A stretch of 64,000 nucleotides of DNA, from assembly GCF_009914755.1 (NCBI RefSeq), contig NC_060936.1; one strand, written 5' to 3'. The DNA comes from the human T2T-CHM13v2.0 reference genome, Homo sapiens. The notes under the pieces are model-generated. The model made no database searches. It was not told where the DNA came from and saw only the letters and a program-made list of their open reading frames with translations. Shown here piece after piece: positions 1 to 13,989 of the stretch. A program made the translations under genes and the position numbers. Positions within the stretch are counted from its first letter, which is position 1, and the number at the start of each line of letters is the position of its first letter.

Positions 1-261
1 TTGCCTTGTGAAGCATGAGATCTCTGTGACCCATTCCCTATTTGTACACTCCCTCCCCTTTGAAAATCACTAATAAAAACTTGCTGGTTTTGTGGCTTGG
101 GGGGCATCACAGAACCTGCTGACATGTGATGTCTCCCCTGGACACCCAGCTTTAAAATTTCTCTCTTTTATACTCTTTCCCTTTACTTCTCAGACTGGCC
201 GACACTTAGGGAAAATAGAAAAGAACCTATGTTGAATTATCGGGGGCTGGTTCCCCCGATA
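1..261 (+). mobile_element. 3' part of a MER11-type (HERV-K11/HML-8) LTR, truncated by the window start
   Basis: AATAAA near 72, the GACACCCAGCTTTAAAATTTCTCTCTTT block and terminal TTCCCCCGATA match the MER11 3' end as I recall it. No PBS follows, so it is a solo or 3' LTR. Confidence 0.8.
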
Positions 262-309
262 TCATAGTGTTCCTATAACAATGTACTTGCTAGGTCAATG
301 TTGATCAGC

Positions 310-487
310 AAATGATCCCAAGGAGACTTGCATCTGTATCACCTGTGGGTGTCCTAATTTAAGATTCAGATTTGTAGGCTCATATCAAAGTTACTAAATG
401 TGACTCTCTGAGGCTGAGGCCTAGGAATGCACTTTTATTAAGAAACTCATCTAATTCTGATGCTTAGTAAAAGCTGAGAACTACTGA
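310..487. mobile_element. Degenerate MER5-like hAT-Charlie DNA transposon
   Basis: Ends AATTCTGATGCTTAGTAAAAGCTGAGAACTACTG, resembling the MER5A terminus. Confidence 0.55.
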
Positions 488-1139
488 ACCAGTTTCACCA
501 GACCAGTGTTTCTGTGTTTCATAAGTCCAAGGGGTACATTTTCATTGTACTCCACGTACTCCCGGGGTGGCACATATGTAAAATAAAATCTGAATGGTGT
601 CCCTGGGGCTTTGTAATATAGAGCTATTGCTTGGCCTTATCCTACTTTTGCTGTCATAGGCCTTCTCCTAGAAGGTGTGGTTCATTCCTAGTGACACTGA
701 AGAAGCTCTTAGCACCATTCACTGTGGGGAGCTGAGGGCCAAGTCCCCACTTCTAGTAGCAGAGCCCAAATTGATCTCATGTATGTCCCTGGCAAGCTAT
801 GGAGAATAAGAATTTCATTCCATGCCAATAGGTAGAAATTGCTTCTGATTTATTGTGCAGGGAAATCTAGGTCACAATCTCTAATAGCCAATGAGTGCTC
901 ACTGGATGGCAAGAGAAGCCCATATACCAGAACTATGTGTTTCAAGGGGATGTGGGACTCCAATTGGAACAAAGTAATTTGTTCCAATTACTTTTTTCTT
1001 ATTGGCTGTACATTTCAAAAGCCTGTATTCAGGAAACTAAGGAGAGAGAAAGTCAGGAAATGCTGCACAAAATTGCTTTGAACAATCTCTGATCTGGTTT
1101 ATTGACTCCTTCCTCAAACAAGTTCTACTTGTACTGACT

Positions 1140-2070
1140 TCCTGACTCAATGAACATTTGCTCAGCATCCATCAGAGAAATAATAGCTGAAGTCGATGGG
1201 AGGTTACCCATGCTTACCACGTGTTTGACTGAGCTCTGGGAATGCAAAGTCAAATAAAACCCTGATCTTGTGGAGTTTATATTTTAGTTGGTGGGATACA
1301 GAGGGATCTAAACAAGATATAATGATACAATGTGGTAAGGAATGTGCCTAAGGTATGGAGGGAATAGGAATTAATTCTTCTCAGGCATATAGAAGCCTTG
1401 TTTAAAAGGCAGCACTTGATGGGCCTTGAAGGTGGAGTATGAACGTGCTGGGTGGAGGAGGGGATGAAAACATGCCTGGCAGGAGCACCTGCATGAGCAA
1501 AGGTATGGTGGTGGGAGTCCATGTGGTGAGCTTAGAACACAGTGCTCATGACAAGGAGTGGCTGGAGATGGGTCAGGTGGGGACAAGGCCAGAGGTTAGG
1601 GTTGGGTTGGGACAAGGCTTTGAATGTCTGCTGGAAAGCCTCGCCTTTATCTTCTTGGGAAGCCGAGATTGGACATAAAGTAGAATGATGTGATCAGACA
1701 TGTTAAGACAGAAAGAGCACTTGGCATCAGTGTGGGGTGTGGTTGCTTCCTCTCCTGAATGCCTTCCTTGTTGTCTTCATCTGACTAGCACTACTCATAT
1801 TTAAAGATTCAGCTCAAGCGTCACTTCCTTTAGGGAGCCCTCCATGATCTTCACGGCCTGGCCACCTACCCGTCCCATGGGCCTCCGTTGAAGCTGACAT
1901 AAACCTGGATCACAGAGCCTGACACATCTTAGGGCACATTTGTTTCCCGGCCAGCCTGAGGGTCTGTTGAGGATTGGGCTCCTGTCTGCACTTCCCTATG
2001 GTTGGCAGCTGGCACAGAATCCAGCATTTTATAATGACTCACTAAAAATATTTATTGTTAAATAAATAAG
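1140..2070. mobile_element. Old L2 fragments in both orientations
   Basis: L2 3'-region-like motifs (GGGCCTTGAAGG...GCATGAGCAAAGG; CAGCTCAAGCGTCACTTCCT...AATATTTATTG). Confidence 0.5.
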
Positions 2071-2309
2071 AATAAGCATCCTCTGCTTTCATATTTTCTG
2101 AAGTTGTGAGTATGTAATTACTACCATTGATTTAATCCTTACTGTTTGTGATGTGCTTTATGATCTCATTTAATTCCCATACAAAACTTAGATGATAATG
2201 ACAATAACATGACTACTACTATACTAAAACTGTCACCTGGTGCCTAACGTGCTTGACACTGAAGTGATTTGCTTATATTAACCCATTTAATTCTCATATG
2301 AACCCTTTT

Positions 2310-2532
2310 ATGATCCTGAACAACAGAGGCTTGAACTGCTCAGGTCCACTGATATGTGGATTTTTTTTGACCCAGCCCCAGTGGAAAATACAGTATTCAA
2401 GGGATGCAAAACTCATATAAGCAGATTCTGCAGGGCAGACTGTGGGACTTGAGTGTGTGTGGATTTAGGTACATGGGGAATGGTTGGGGGTGGTTCCTGC
2501 AACCAATTCCTTGCAAATACTGAGGGATGAAC
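2310..2532. mobile_element. MER8 (TcMar-Tigger MITE)
   Basis: GAACAACA...TTGAACTGC..GGTCCACT...GAAAATACAGTATTC...GGGACTTGAGT...AACCAAT...TACTGAGGGATGA follows the MER8 consensus. Confidence 0.8.
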
Positions 2533-2572
2533 ACATTATTCTTTTTCTTTTTTACAAATAAAGAAACTGAGA

Positions 2573-2843
2573 GGCTGGGAGCAGTGGCTTTCATCTATAA
2601 TCCCAGCATTTGGGAAGGTCGAGGTGGGAGGATCGCTTGAGCCCAGGAGTTTGAGACCAGCCTGGGCAATATAGTGAGACCTCCATCTATACAAAAAACA
2701 CAAAAATTAGCTAGGTGTGGTGGTGCATGCCTGTAGTCCCAGCTCCTCAGGAGACTGAGGTGGGAGGATGGCTTGAGCCCAGGAGGTTGAGGCTGCAGTG
2801 AGCTGAACACACTGCAGCCTGGGCAACATAGGAAGACCCTGTG
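2573..2843 (+). mobile_element. Alu (AluJ-like)
   Basis: Dimeric Alu with GGAGGATCGCTTGAGCCCAGGAG J-type motifs. Confidence 0.9.
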
Positions 2844-3080
2844 AGGGAAAGAAAAGAAAGGAAGAAAGGAAGAAAGGAAGAAAGAAAGGGAAGGAAGGAG
2901 AAAGGAAGTAGAAAGAGAGAGAGGAAAGAAGGAAGGAAAGAAGAAAGGGAGGAAGGAGAGCAAGGGAAAGAGAAAGAAGGAGAGAGAAAGGAAGGAAGGA
3001 GGGAAGGAAGAAAAAAGAAAGGAAAGAAAGAAAAAAAAGAAAGAAAGGAGTAAAGAAAAGAAAAAAGAAAAGATAGAAAC
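2844..3080 (+). repeat. GA-rich polypurine low-complexity tract (expanded Alu tail)
   Basis: About 235 nt of GAAA/GGAA units with very few pyrimidines. Confidence 0.9.
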
Positions 3081-3118
3081 AGATACACAGTGATTAAGTA
3101 ACTTGCTTGTAAGTGGTG

Positions 3119-3286
3119 GTGAAGTTAGGATTTGGACCCAGGCACCACAGCTGGAGTCTGCGTTCTGTTTGCTGTATAGACTCTCTATCCCCTGGGCTTA
3201 AGTGAAGTTAGGATTTGGACCCAGGCACTGTAGCGCAGAGTCTGTGTTCTGTCTGCTATATAGACTATGTCCATCCCTGGGCTTAA
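3119..3286 (+). repeat. Diverged 2-copy tandem duplication (83 + 85 bp)
   Basis: Both copies start GTGAAGTTAGGATTTGGACCCAGGCAC (3119, 3202) and end CCTGGGCTTAA. Confidence 0.9.
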
Positions 3287-4102
3287 AGAGGTTAGGAGGC
3301 TTTAGGTTATTTAGCTATAAATGGCAGGGTAGGGAGTTGACTCCATGTCTGTCTGGCTCCAAAGTCATAAGCCTCCAATTTCCTGCCCTGTTCTATCTTA
3401 AAACAGAATGCGAGTGTTCACCAGGGTCATCACTAAGGCATTTAGAAAATGAAATTTCTGCAAATTAAACACAGGGAGAAGTCTGATTCATGGTGGGGTT
3501 AGCAGCAGCCAGTTGTGGGTGAAGCTGGAGAAACTCAAGGTGGGTGGATTGAATCTGCAAGAAATGGGAATTCAGAATGCAGCCTCAATCTAGGACATTT
3601 CCAGCCTGAGACACTATCTGAAATCACACCGCAAGATCTTCAAGCTACAAAACACTGTAGTAGTTTAATTAATCTTTTTTTTTTTTAAAAAAACATCTGT
3701 TGTAGCATTTAAAATCAGAAAATGATGTCCTCATTATCTCTCTGAAGCCTGGCAGATTCTTCTCTACTAAAGGGTCCTGGATTTGAAAATCACTTCCTTT
3801 AGAAATCTCTTTTGAGTCCAGGTTCCAGGTGCAGGAGTCCAAATTCCTTTTGCTTTAGATAATGATTAAATGTCTCCTTTTCACCTTCCAGTTCCCTCCC
3901 TCTTTTCCAAGCAATTTAATCTTAACCATTCATGTATATTGTTTAGTTAGTCATGGCAACAAGGCCATTTGATAGGTCAATTAGCAGCTAAACTTAGACA
4001 TGATATTGACATTCTGGCTGTGTTAGCCACATTTTTGAGATCCTAGTATAAAGGTTTGACTGATCTCCATGAATTGTCAATACACTTAGACAATGAAGGT
4101 GC

Positions 4103-5014
4103 TGTAATTGCAAAAGAAAAGAAATTTTCAGGACCGTTTAAATGTATTTTGCCAAGGGGGAAGTTAAACCCTGGAAACTGAGTCATGTAGCATGTTTGCA
4201 ACTTACGCTTCTTAGATTATAGATTAACTCTCTTCTGCATTGTTCTTGTTCTGTAAATGATTAGAAGAGACCAGAGACCAGAATTCCTTCCCTTCCAATC
4301 ACTGATCTTTGTTGTAGATTAAGCCCTTCCATTTTTGTCTTGTACGTAACTCAGACCAGATGGTACAAAAGAGTCCATGACTGTTACATCTTCAGTGTGG
4401 AATGTTAAATGTACCTTTCCTGAAAGGAAAAGACCACCTCGACTAATCAGATCATTGTAACTCTGCATTCGGCCTCTTGTAGAAAAATGTTGAAATTCTG
4501 CTAAGCTTCCCTAAACCTTGTCTATGTAAACAATCCCAAACTTCTACACTTCAGAACACTGACTTCCATTCTTTGGAATCTGTGCTTCCCAAGTGGCCAT
4601 CTTCAACTTTTGCACTTGAATTCAACTCTCTTCAAACTAGTTTCTGGCCAGGCATGGTGGCTCATGCCCGCAATCCTGGCACTTTAGGAGGCTGAGGTGG
4701 GAGGATCACTTGAGGCCAGGAATTTGAGACCAACCTGGACAACATAATGAGACCTCTGTCTCTACAAAAAAGGAAAAAAAAAAACAAAACCAAAAAACCA
4801 AAAAAACATTGCCCAGGCATGGAGGTATACACCTGTAGTCTTAGCTACTTGGGAGGCTGACATGGTGGGAGGATCCCAGGAATTTGAGGCTGCAGTGAAT
4901 TATGATTGTGCCACTGCACTCCAGCCTGGGTGACAGAGTGAGATCCTGTCTCTAAAAATAAAAAAATCAACAAACAAACTAGATTCTGACCCTTTTGATT
5001 ATTTGAGGTTGACA
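4103..5014 (+). mobile_element. ERV1 (MER4-group-like) solo LTR interrupted by an Alu; family uncertain
   Basis: TG...CA ends with terminal TTTTGATTATTTGAGGTTGACA; LTR sequence continues across the Alu TSD. Confidence 0.6.
4646..4975 (+). mobile_element. Alu (AluJ-like)
   Basis: Full dimer with TSD CAAACTAG(T/A)TTCT on both sides. Confidence 0.9.
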
Positions 5015-5560
5015 AACAACAATGAAGCAAAACCAGGCCTGATCTCTGCCCTAATGAGGGATAGTCTAGAGGGAGAGAGAGAAGCACATCTCAGAATCAT
5101 ATACAAACATGAAAGTGCAACTGTGACAACTGCTTTGAGGATCAACAGGTTCTCTAATAGGGAAATTTAGCCTCATCAGGGAGGTTGAAACAAGGCTTTG
5201 TGAAGAAGCAACACTTGAGTAAAGCCTGAAGGCTAAGCAGAAATTAATTAGGCAATGAGGGGAGGGAAGGGTGTTCTAGGCAGAGGGAACAGCTTATGCA
5301 AAGGCTCAGTGGTGGGGAGGGCCCCGCAGTACAAGGAGCTGAAAGAAGGTGATAAAAGGAGTGTAGGAGCTGAAAGAAGTAGAAGTAGGAGAGGCAGACA
5401 GAAGTCAGACCAAGCAGGGGTTTGTAGGCCCCGTGAAAGACTTGTATTTGTATCATAAAAGCAATGGGAAGCTATTGAAGAGTCCAAGGAAAAGGAGGGG
5501 GTGGTGACTTGGTCAGTTTACATTCTGAAAGCCGCTCTTTAGTGCAAGGCATAGAAAGGG
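5015..5560 (-). mobile_element. L2 fragment
   Basis: TTCTAGGCAGAGGGAACAGCTTATGCAAAGGCTCAG and similar L2 antisense motifs. Confidence 0.6.
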
Positions 5561-7667
5561 AAAGGGTGCTCGCTTGGATGCTGCTCTTCCCCGCCTCACT
5601 CTTAGTCCAGGAAGTCTGGCTGGAAGGCTGATGGAGCAAGCCTGGCCATATTGCCACATCCTCTCGTCCTCAGTGACTGGTTGAGGGACAGGCATGTAAG
5701 GAAATCGGGCTCAATCAGAAGTCCTGTCAGGTATTTAGCAGGGACTACAGGAACTGATGCATGGTCTTGCCTGTTGGCTTTGAACTTAAGATCACACGAG
5801 GAGCTGCTGTGGCTGTCTTACCACCACAAGGTGGAGAGCCTGATGCTACCAGGAGGTGCCTGCCGTATGGGACCTGAGAGTGAGGCTGAGCCCAGAAATG
5901 GAGTGAAACCAAGTCCCGATGGCTTTCATATCTTGTCCAAGCACAACTGAAGGCATCCTTGCTTCAGTACTTTTCAGTTACATAAGCCAACCCATTTCTG
6001 CCTTGCTTATACCACATTTCATCCAAAGAGTCAGTGGATTCGTAGGCAGGAGGGGGACGTGGAAGAAGTCTCCCGGGCATGCCCATCTGCTGGATCAGGA
6101 CTGTGGAAGGAGCTGGGCTTCCTGTTTGAGCTACTCCTGCCAAGCAGAGAGGCTTTCAGAGGAGGAGCAGGAGCAAATTGGCCTCTGCCTGGGAACAGAC
6201 ATTTTTTGGTGCCTGGTAATCTAGTCTAGTCAGCTAGGAGCTGTGTAAATTTACCCTTCTCTATGCTGAAGGCTTAGTGCTGTGGGTGCTGTTGTCTTCT
6301 GGTTCCCTAGTAAAGTTTCTTTTACAAACTATAGTCAGCTCTTGGCCGACCTGAGGGAGAAAGGGAAGGAACCAGGGAACCAGAGAAGTCTCAATGCCCT
6401 GGAAGCCAGGGATCAGCGTGGGGTTGGGTGGGGAACATGGCAGCCACTGAGGATAGGCTTCAGCTCCAGGTAGATGTGCTTGCAGCCAAGAGCCAGGAGA
6501 AAACCATGATTGTCCTTTGTTCTTACCTATGGTGGGTGCTGCCCGCTAAGTACCTGCCTCCCCAGCCAGCTCCTCTGGACCACTCAGCCAGCTCTCTAGG
6601 TTTCCAGGGCCAGAGCTGCCTCTCAAGTCTGGTGGTTATTTGAGGCCAAAAGATCCACCTACAAACCTCAACCTCTCATTCTCCCAAAGGAAGCATATTA
6701 TCTGCAAGGGAGGAGGACAGGCAGGGAGTGACATTGCTCTGTTCTCTCTTTCAGGATGAAAGGGGCAGAACCATCTAGAGAGCTGGACAAGAAACAATAA
6801 GCCATGAGTTTAAGTTCTTGCTCTGAGAACTTGTAAAAGAACTGTGAGCCAGACCTCTTTGGGCCTCTGTTTTCCTCACTTGCAAGTAAAAGCATTGGAT
6901 TCAATGTTCTTAAATCAAATATTATACACATCAGACTGGATAACTGCCTTTTAAAACTACTCAGAAAATGAAGCTTCTTACAACTTCTGGAAAAATTGGT
7001 TGGGGTTAGTGTTTAGGTCACAATGGAAGGCAGAGCTCCTCCATCCCTCTGTCAACTAAAGGGAGGACAGCAGCTCTCTCTGACCCCATACAGCATTTGA
7101 CCTTGGACCTTTCCTTCTGGGACTTTGAACCTCGAGAGAGAGGCACGTGGTTAAGTGAAGGTGGGGTTGGGTTTGTGACAGCAGCAGTGTGGGGTAGAGG
7201 CAGTGGCAGTAGTGTGGCACTAGGGGACAGGCACAGTGCATGCTAGCTGTGTGTTCCTTTTGCCCAACCTCCCTGGCTTCTTCATGGCATCCCAGGTCTG
7301 GTTCCCCAACCTTCCTATCAAGTCTGTGGACCACCCAACAACCTTATAGTTAATCCCTTTCCTGGTTACATCAGCCAGAGTCAGTTTCTGTTGTTTGCAT
7401 CCCAGGTATCCCGGCTGATACATAGTGGAGGACACTTATGTTATTAAAACCCCAAACTAGCTAGAGACATTTTTGTCTTTTAAGACAGGATGACATAATT
7501 CATGTCAGCAGGAAAATAAATGTTTGTGTGTCTCTTTCCCCTGCTAAATGTGTTAGAAGAGGGTCTGGAGAGTAGCAGGGGGTAGGCTGTCCTTAGGGTG
7601 CACGTGCACGGGTATGGATATGGAACTTCTGTGTTGTCAGACTGTTTCCTTCTTGTATTTCCTTAAG

Positions 7668-7882
7668 CAGGATCAGCAAACTTTTCTGTAAAGGGACAGA
7701 TAGTGAATATTTTTGGTTTTGTTGGCCATATAGTGACTGTTGCAGCTACTCAACTCTGCTGCTGGAATATAGAAGCAGAAATAGATAGTATGTAAATGAG
7801 CAGATGTGGCTGGTTTCCAATAAAACATTATTTTCAAAAACAAATGGTGGGTCGAATTTGCCTGTAGGCCATCGTTTGCTAA
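7668..7882. mobile_element. MER58A (hAT-Charlie MITE)
   Basis: CAGGATCAGCAAACTTTTCTGTAAAGGGACAGATAGT...TTCCAATAAAACATTATTT...CATCGTTTGC. Confidence 0.8.
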
Positions 7883-7974
7883 TCTCTTTCCTAAAGCACT
7901 TAAAGCACTTTGTATTCGTTTGTGATAATTTGAATTATCGTTCAACCAATATTTATTCCTTTCCCTCTTCCACT

Positions 7975-8355
7975 GTGGACAAAGTACAATTCCCTAAACC
8001 AATGATGTTAGGCTTGGCCAAGTGACTTGCTTTGGTCGATGAAACATTAGCAGATGTAATAAGAGCCTTAAATATGTTGTCACAGTTTGGCTTGGATCTT
8101 GCATTCTGGTGATCCACTATGAGAAGCACATGCCCTGCGTAGCCACTGCCTCTTCAGTCCCAGGACAAACAACTCAGAGTTAGGATCCAAGCCCAGCCAA
8201 CCTCAGTCCAAAGCAGAGCCACCCAGCTAAGCCCAGCCCAGATGAACTGACCCACAGTTGATCCACCTGCAGATCTGTGAGCATGAGAATAAATGCTTGT
8301 TATTATAAGTTACTGAATATTGGGATGGATTGCTAGCAATATTGTAACAGTATCT
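7975..8355 (+). mobile_element. MLT1-type MaLR LTR
   Basis: 3' end AATAAATGCTTGTTATTATAAGTTACTGAATATTGGGATGG is typical of MLT1I/J. Confidence 0.6.
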
Positions 8356-9239
8356 AAAATACCATCTTAATGCATTCATCACAGACTGTTTTATGGTTGC
8401 TTGTGTCATACATGTCATTTTTCCCTTACTGCATTAGAGATTCCTTGAAGCCATTCATCAGATCTAACTCTTCTTTAAAAATTCTGTAGCACCCAGCACA
8501 TTGCCTTACAAATAGTGCTTCCTAAGTATTAAGATGGTGTGTAAGATACTGCTACAATGTCGCTAACAAACCACAATATAATATTAAATGGTGAATGTAG
8601 CATTCGTTCATTCATTCATTCATATAAACGTGGAAGAATTTTCTGCCTGTAGTGAAGAATGACATTTGCTACTCTCTTCAGAATGATGAGAAAAATATCT
8701 GACATGACAGTGACAGTGGACATTTAGGTCTCAACAAGACATAGTTTCACTTGACCAGAAGAGGAAAAGGAAGCTGAATGAGCCCATGGTTCTGCTTCTC
8801 TATCTGTAAAGTGACTATAATGATAGAACCTACCTTTTGGGTTTTCATGAGGACTAAATGAGATAATTCATGCAAAGTAGTTAGCATTGGGCCTGATCCA
8901 TGGTAAGTAGTCAAAATATTTTCATTATTATTATTTTCAGAAAGATTATGTGAATTGTCTTGAAATCCAGCCCTAGGATTAATAATGGCAGTTGGGCTAA
9001 AACAAAAAAAAAGTATTTTACAATGATTCTCTCCCTCTCTTCCTTTGTTTCTCCCTCCTTTTCTCTCTTTGTCTTCCTTCCCACATTTACACTCACACAG
9101 AGAACTTTTATGTGCTATTTAGTGCAGCAAGGAAATTGCAGGACACTATCTCTACTATCAAGGAACTACCAGTCTAATCAGACAGATACAAATACATATA
9201 TTCAATGCTGTCTGTAAAAATATGTAATTTATGGACTGA

Positions 9240-9890
9240 ATAAGTAGCATATGCTATAAGAAAGGGTTTTGAAACATCTTCAAATATTAAACACCAGGAG
9301 AATGACAATGGAAGTCCCAATGCATTTCAAAGAATCACTTTCATAATGATAACTCTCTCCAAGACAACTTAAAAATCAAGAGTAAAACTATTAACACATT
9401 TGAAAAATAAATTACTTGGAAACTTAAAAGTTCTAGATAATTCATGGGTTAATAGGCAATGAAAATTATAAGGAATTTAAAATTGAAGGACAATGACAAT
9501 AATAAATATCCAAACCATCTGGATGCAATTTAAGCAATATTCGGAAGAAAAAAGAAGGCTTAAATGAATTTGGTATTTAACTCAAGGAGTTGTAAAAAAT
9601 AATATCAGGGTAAATCCAAAGAAATTAGAAAGAAGACAACAGGAAAAGGAAGGACTGGAAATAAATGAAATTGAAAACAAAACAGAAAAAGAAAGAAATG
9701 GTTAAAAAAGAAAGTGGACTCTGAAAACTCCAGCAAAATGAACAAATCTATAGCAAGACTAATCAAGAAGGAAAAAGTGCAAATAAACACTACGGGAAGG
9801 CAAAAGGAGGCACATCCACAGATATAAAAGGGATTACAATCACCACAAGAAAACACTATTATCAATTGTAGGCCCATATATTTGGAAATG
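9240..9890 (+). mobile_element. Old L1 (L1M) ORF2 fragment, non-coding
   Basis: A-rich degenerate ORF2-like motifs (CTGGATGCAATTAAGCA; AAATCTATAGCAAGACTAATCAAGAA). Confidence 0.6.
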
Positions 9891-9925
9891 TATACTGTAG
9901 CAGACACAGTTAGTTGCTGCAACTG

Positions 9926-10085
9926 TGCTATGCTATGCTATGCTATAATGTGCTATGCTATGCTATAATGTGCTATGCTATGCTATGCTATGCTATAATG
10001 TGCTATGCTATGCTATAATGTGCTATGCTATGCTATGCTGTACTATGCTATACTATGCTGTGCTATGCTATACAGTGCTGTGCTA
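9926..10085 (+). repeat. (TGCTA)n pentanucleotide repeat with periodic TAATG interruptions
   Basis: 32 pentamers: (TGCTA)4 TAATG (TGCTA)3 TAATG (TGCTA)5 TAATG (TGCTA)3 TAATG, then degenerate units. Confidence 0.95.
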
Positions 10086-10292
10086 AAATATGGTATGTTA
10101 TGATAACACAACCCTAACATCTCAGGTGGCTTACAGATCACAAATATTTCTTTCTCATTCATGTTGCAGGTTCAGTGTGGGTGTGGGTGAGGTCCTCCAC
10201 CCCATGCCACGCAGTGACTCAGGGGTGCAGGCTGACGGAGGAGCCAACACCTCCACATGTGCTTCTGGGGTCATTGCAGCTGGAGAATCTAG

Positions 10293-10610
<318 letters not shown>

Positions 10611-10671
10611 TGCAGAATCTTTATTACTCTTGTAATCAAGTACTTCTTGTCTACCACCCTTGAAGATGCTC

Positions 10672-11060
10672 TGTTGTGAGGAGTGAAGTTGGCTGACAGC
10701 CTCCAGCTGTTAGCACCTTTGGAATCTGCTGCTGTGTTGAAGCTGAGCTCTGGGTAGCTCACAGCCTGGTGGAATTACTACGGCCTAGTCATGTCTGCCC
10801 AACATGGGACTCCCCTCCAGGCAATCTGCCTTTGAGATTCCCACTGGCCTTGGCCAAGACTTTCTCAGAGCTGCTCCACAGTCTAAGCTTCTTTCTGCTC
10901 ACTCCGAATTTACCTGTCTTTGTATTTCCCCCTCAAGGGTGTCAGATGTGCAATGCAGTCTGAAGGCTTTCCCTGCCTACTCCTGATCCCCTCCCACTCC
11001 ACGCTCCCTGTATCTTTCAGGCATCACCCCCAATAAACCTCTTGCATTCCTACCTCCTAA
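10672..11060 (+). mobile_element. LTR16-like ERVL LTR
   Basis: GGCTGACAGCCTCCAGCTG...CCCCAATAAACCTCTTGCATTCCTA motif order. Confidence 0.5.
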
Positions 11061-11216
11061 CTCCTAGCAGTCCAGAATCTCAAAGTCATATTTAACCTTT
11101 AATCACATTTCATTGGCCAAAACTAGTCACATGTCCATGCCCATCTTCAAAGGGTTAGGGCAGTCTAACCCAAAGGAGAACTGGATATTGGGGCACATTT
11201 GTAATTTTTATCACTA

Positions 11217-11971
<755 letters not shown>

Positions 11972-12192
11972 TTAAACAGTTATTCATTACCCTCCTTTTC
12001 TTGCCAGCAGAGCCCCAATTTTTTCAGGTGTCTATCCTGCACTTCCATCATGACTCAAGGGTAAACTGTAACTTACTAGAGCCAATTATAACCAATTTCC
12101 AGTAATTGGATCAAGAAAAGGCCAATGAAATCTTGGCTAATGCAATGGGAGAGGAAGTGTTCTGGGTGCCACCTGGATTTAAAAGTGACACA

Positions 12193-12633
<441 letters not shown>

Positions 12634-13336
12634 CTAGGCTGCCAGACTTTTTGTGGGGAGCCCTTCATGGGAAGAAAAATCATGAAAACTTAGACTTACT
12701 CAGGTTTATATTCTCCTACCTCTTGCTTTCTTTTTCTTGTCAGATGAATTTCACTCATACACCTCTTCTCTCTCCTTCATGCCAGATCAGTTCTGTTTGG
12801 AAGAATGAAAATGACAGCTAAGTGGTGTGATCTAACTGACACAGGGAAAGAAGCTGAAATTGACCACTCAGGAAATGAGGCATGTGTTAATGATTTTCTT
12901 TTGACTCATTGTTTTTAAAAACATCCACATGCAATCAACTGTTGTCTATAAAATAAAATAAAATTCCTAAAAAGGAAAAAGGGGACATAGACTTGCTATT
13001 TCATTCCACATTAGGAAGAGGACTAACATTTATTGGGTACTTACTATATGCCTGACATTTTACTAGGAACTTTTCATACTCTGTCTCACCAAATGACCTT
13101 GCTTGCCCTTTGAATAAAATTTTAACTCCTTTCCACGGTGTATGTTCTGACCCCCTCTCTGAAATCCGCACCCTCCCCATCTCTACTCCACAGATGGGCC
13201 TTTGAATTCTGGCTTTTTTTTAAAATTCCCTCTTATTTATGAAACACACCTAGCACGTTCCTGCCTCAGGGCTCCTGTTCTTGTCATTCTCTTTGCCTGG
13301 AATCCTCTTTCCTTGGATCTTCCCATGTCTGATTTC

Positions 13337-13648
13337 TTTTTTTTTTTTTTTCTTTTTTTTTTTTTTGAGACAAGAGTCTCGCTCTGTCACCCAGGCTGGA
13401 GTGCAGTGGTGTGATCTTGGCTCACTGCAAGCTCCGCCTGCCAGGTTCATGCCATTCTCCGGCCTCAGCTTCCTGAGTAGCTGGGACTACAGGTGCCCGC
13501 CACCACGCCTGGCTAATTTTTTGTATTTTTAGTAGAGATGGGGTTTCACCGTGTTAGCCAGGATGGTCTCGATTTCCTGACCTTGTGATCTGCCCTCCTC
13601 GGCCTCTGAAAGTGCTGGGATTACAGGTGTGAGCCACCGCACCCGGCC
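13337..13648 (-). mobile_element. AluY-like element
   Basis: GCAAGCTCCGCC and GTGTTAGCCAGGATGGTCTCGAT diagnostics; TSD ATGTCTGATTTC. Confidence 0.9.
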
Positions 13649-13723
13649 AATGTCTGATTTCTTTACATCAACCACACCTCACAAAAATATCCTTTCTTCA
13701 GAGGGCCTTCTGTGACCATTCTA

Positions 13724-13803
13724 TTAGGTTAGTGCAAAAGTAATCGCAGTTTTTGCCATTAAAAGTAATAGCAAAAACTGTGATTACTTTTGCACCAACC
13801 TTA
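13724..13803. mobile_element. MADE1 (Hsmar1-derived 80-bp MITE)
   Basis: TTAGGTTAGTGCAAAAGTAATCGCAGTTTTTGCCATT...GCAAAAACTGTGATTACTTTTGCACCAACCTTA, near-palindromic and flanked by TA. Confidence 0.93.
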
Positions 13804-13989
13804 TATCTAGAATAGCACCTCTCCCTCTACTCCTAGTCTCCTATTCCAGTGACTTATTTTTTCCCATCGCACTTGTATCTAAAATTATCTGATTGTATTT
13901 GCTTTGATGTATCTCCTCCCACTTGATTTTTCCTCTCTCTCTTGTTCACTGCTGTCTCTCAAACATTTAGAAGAGTGGCTGGCACTTTA

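Noticed and set aside
2595-3088. F/S/L-rich and K/E/R-rich ORFs
   Set aside because: They are translations of the GA-rich Alu tail.
9926-10085. Repeat-spacer pattern resembling a CRISPR array
   Set aside because: The 'spacers' are identical 5-mers in a eukaryotic microsatellite, and there are no cas genes.
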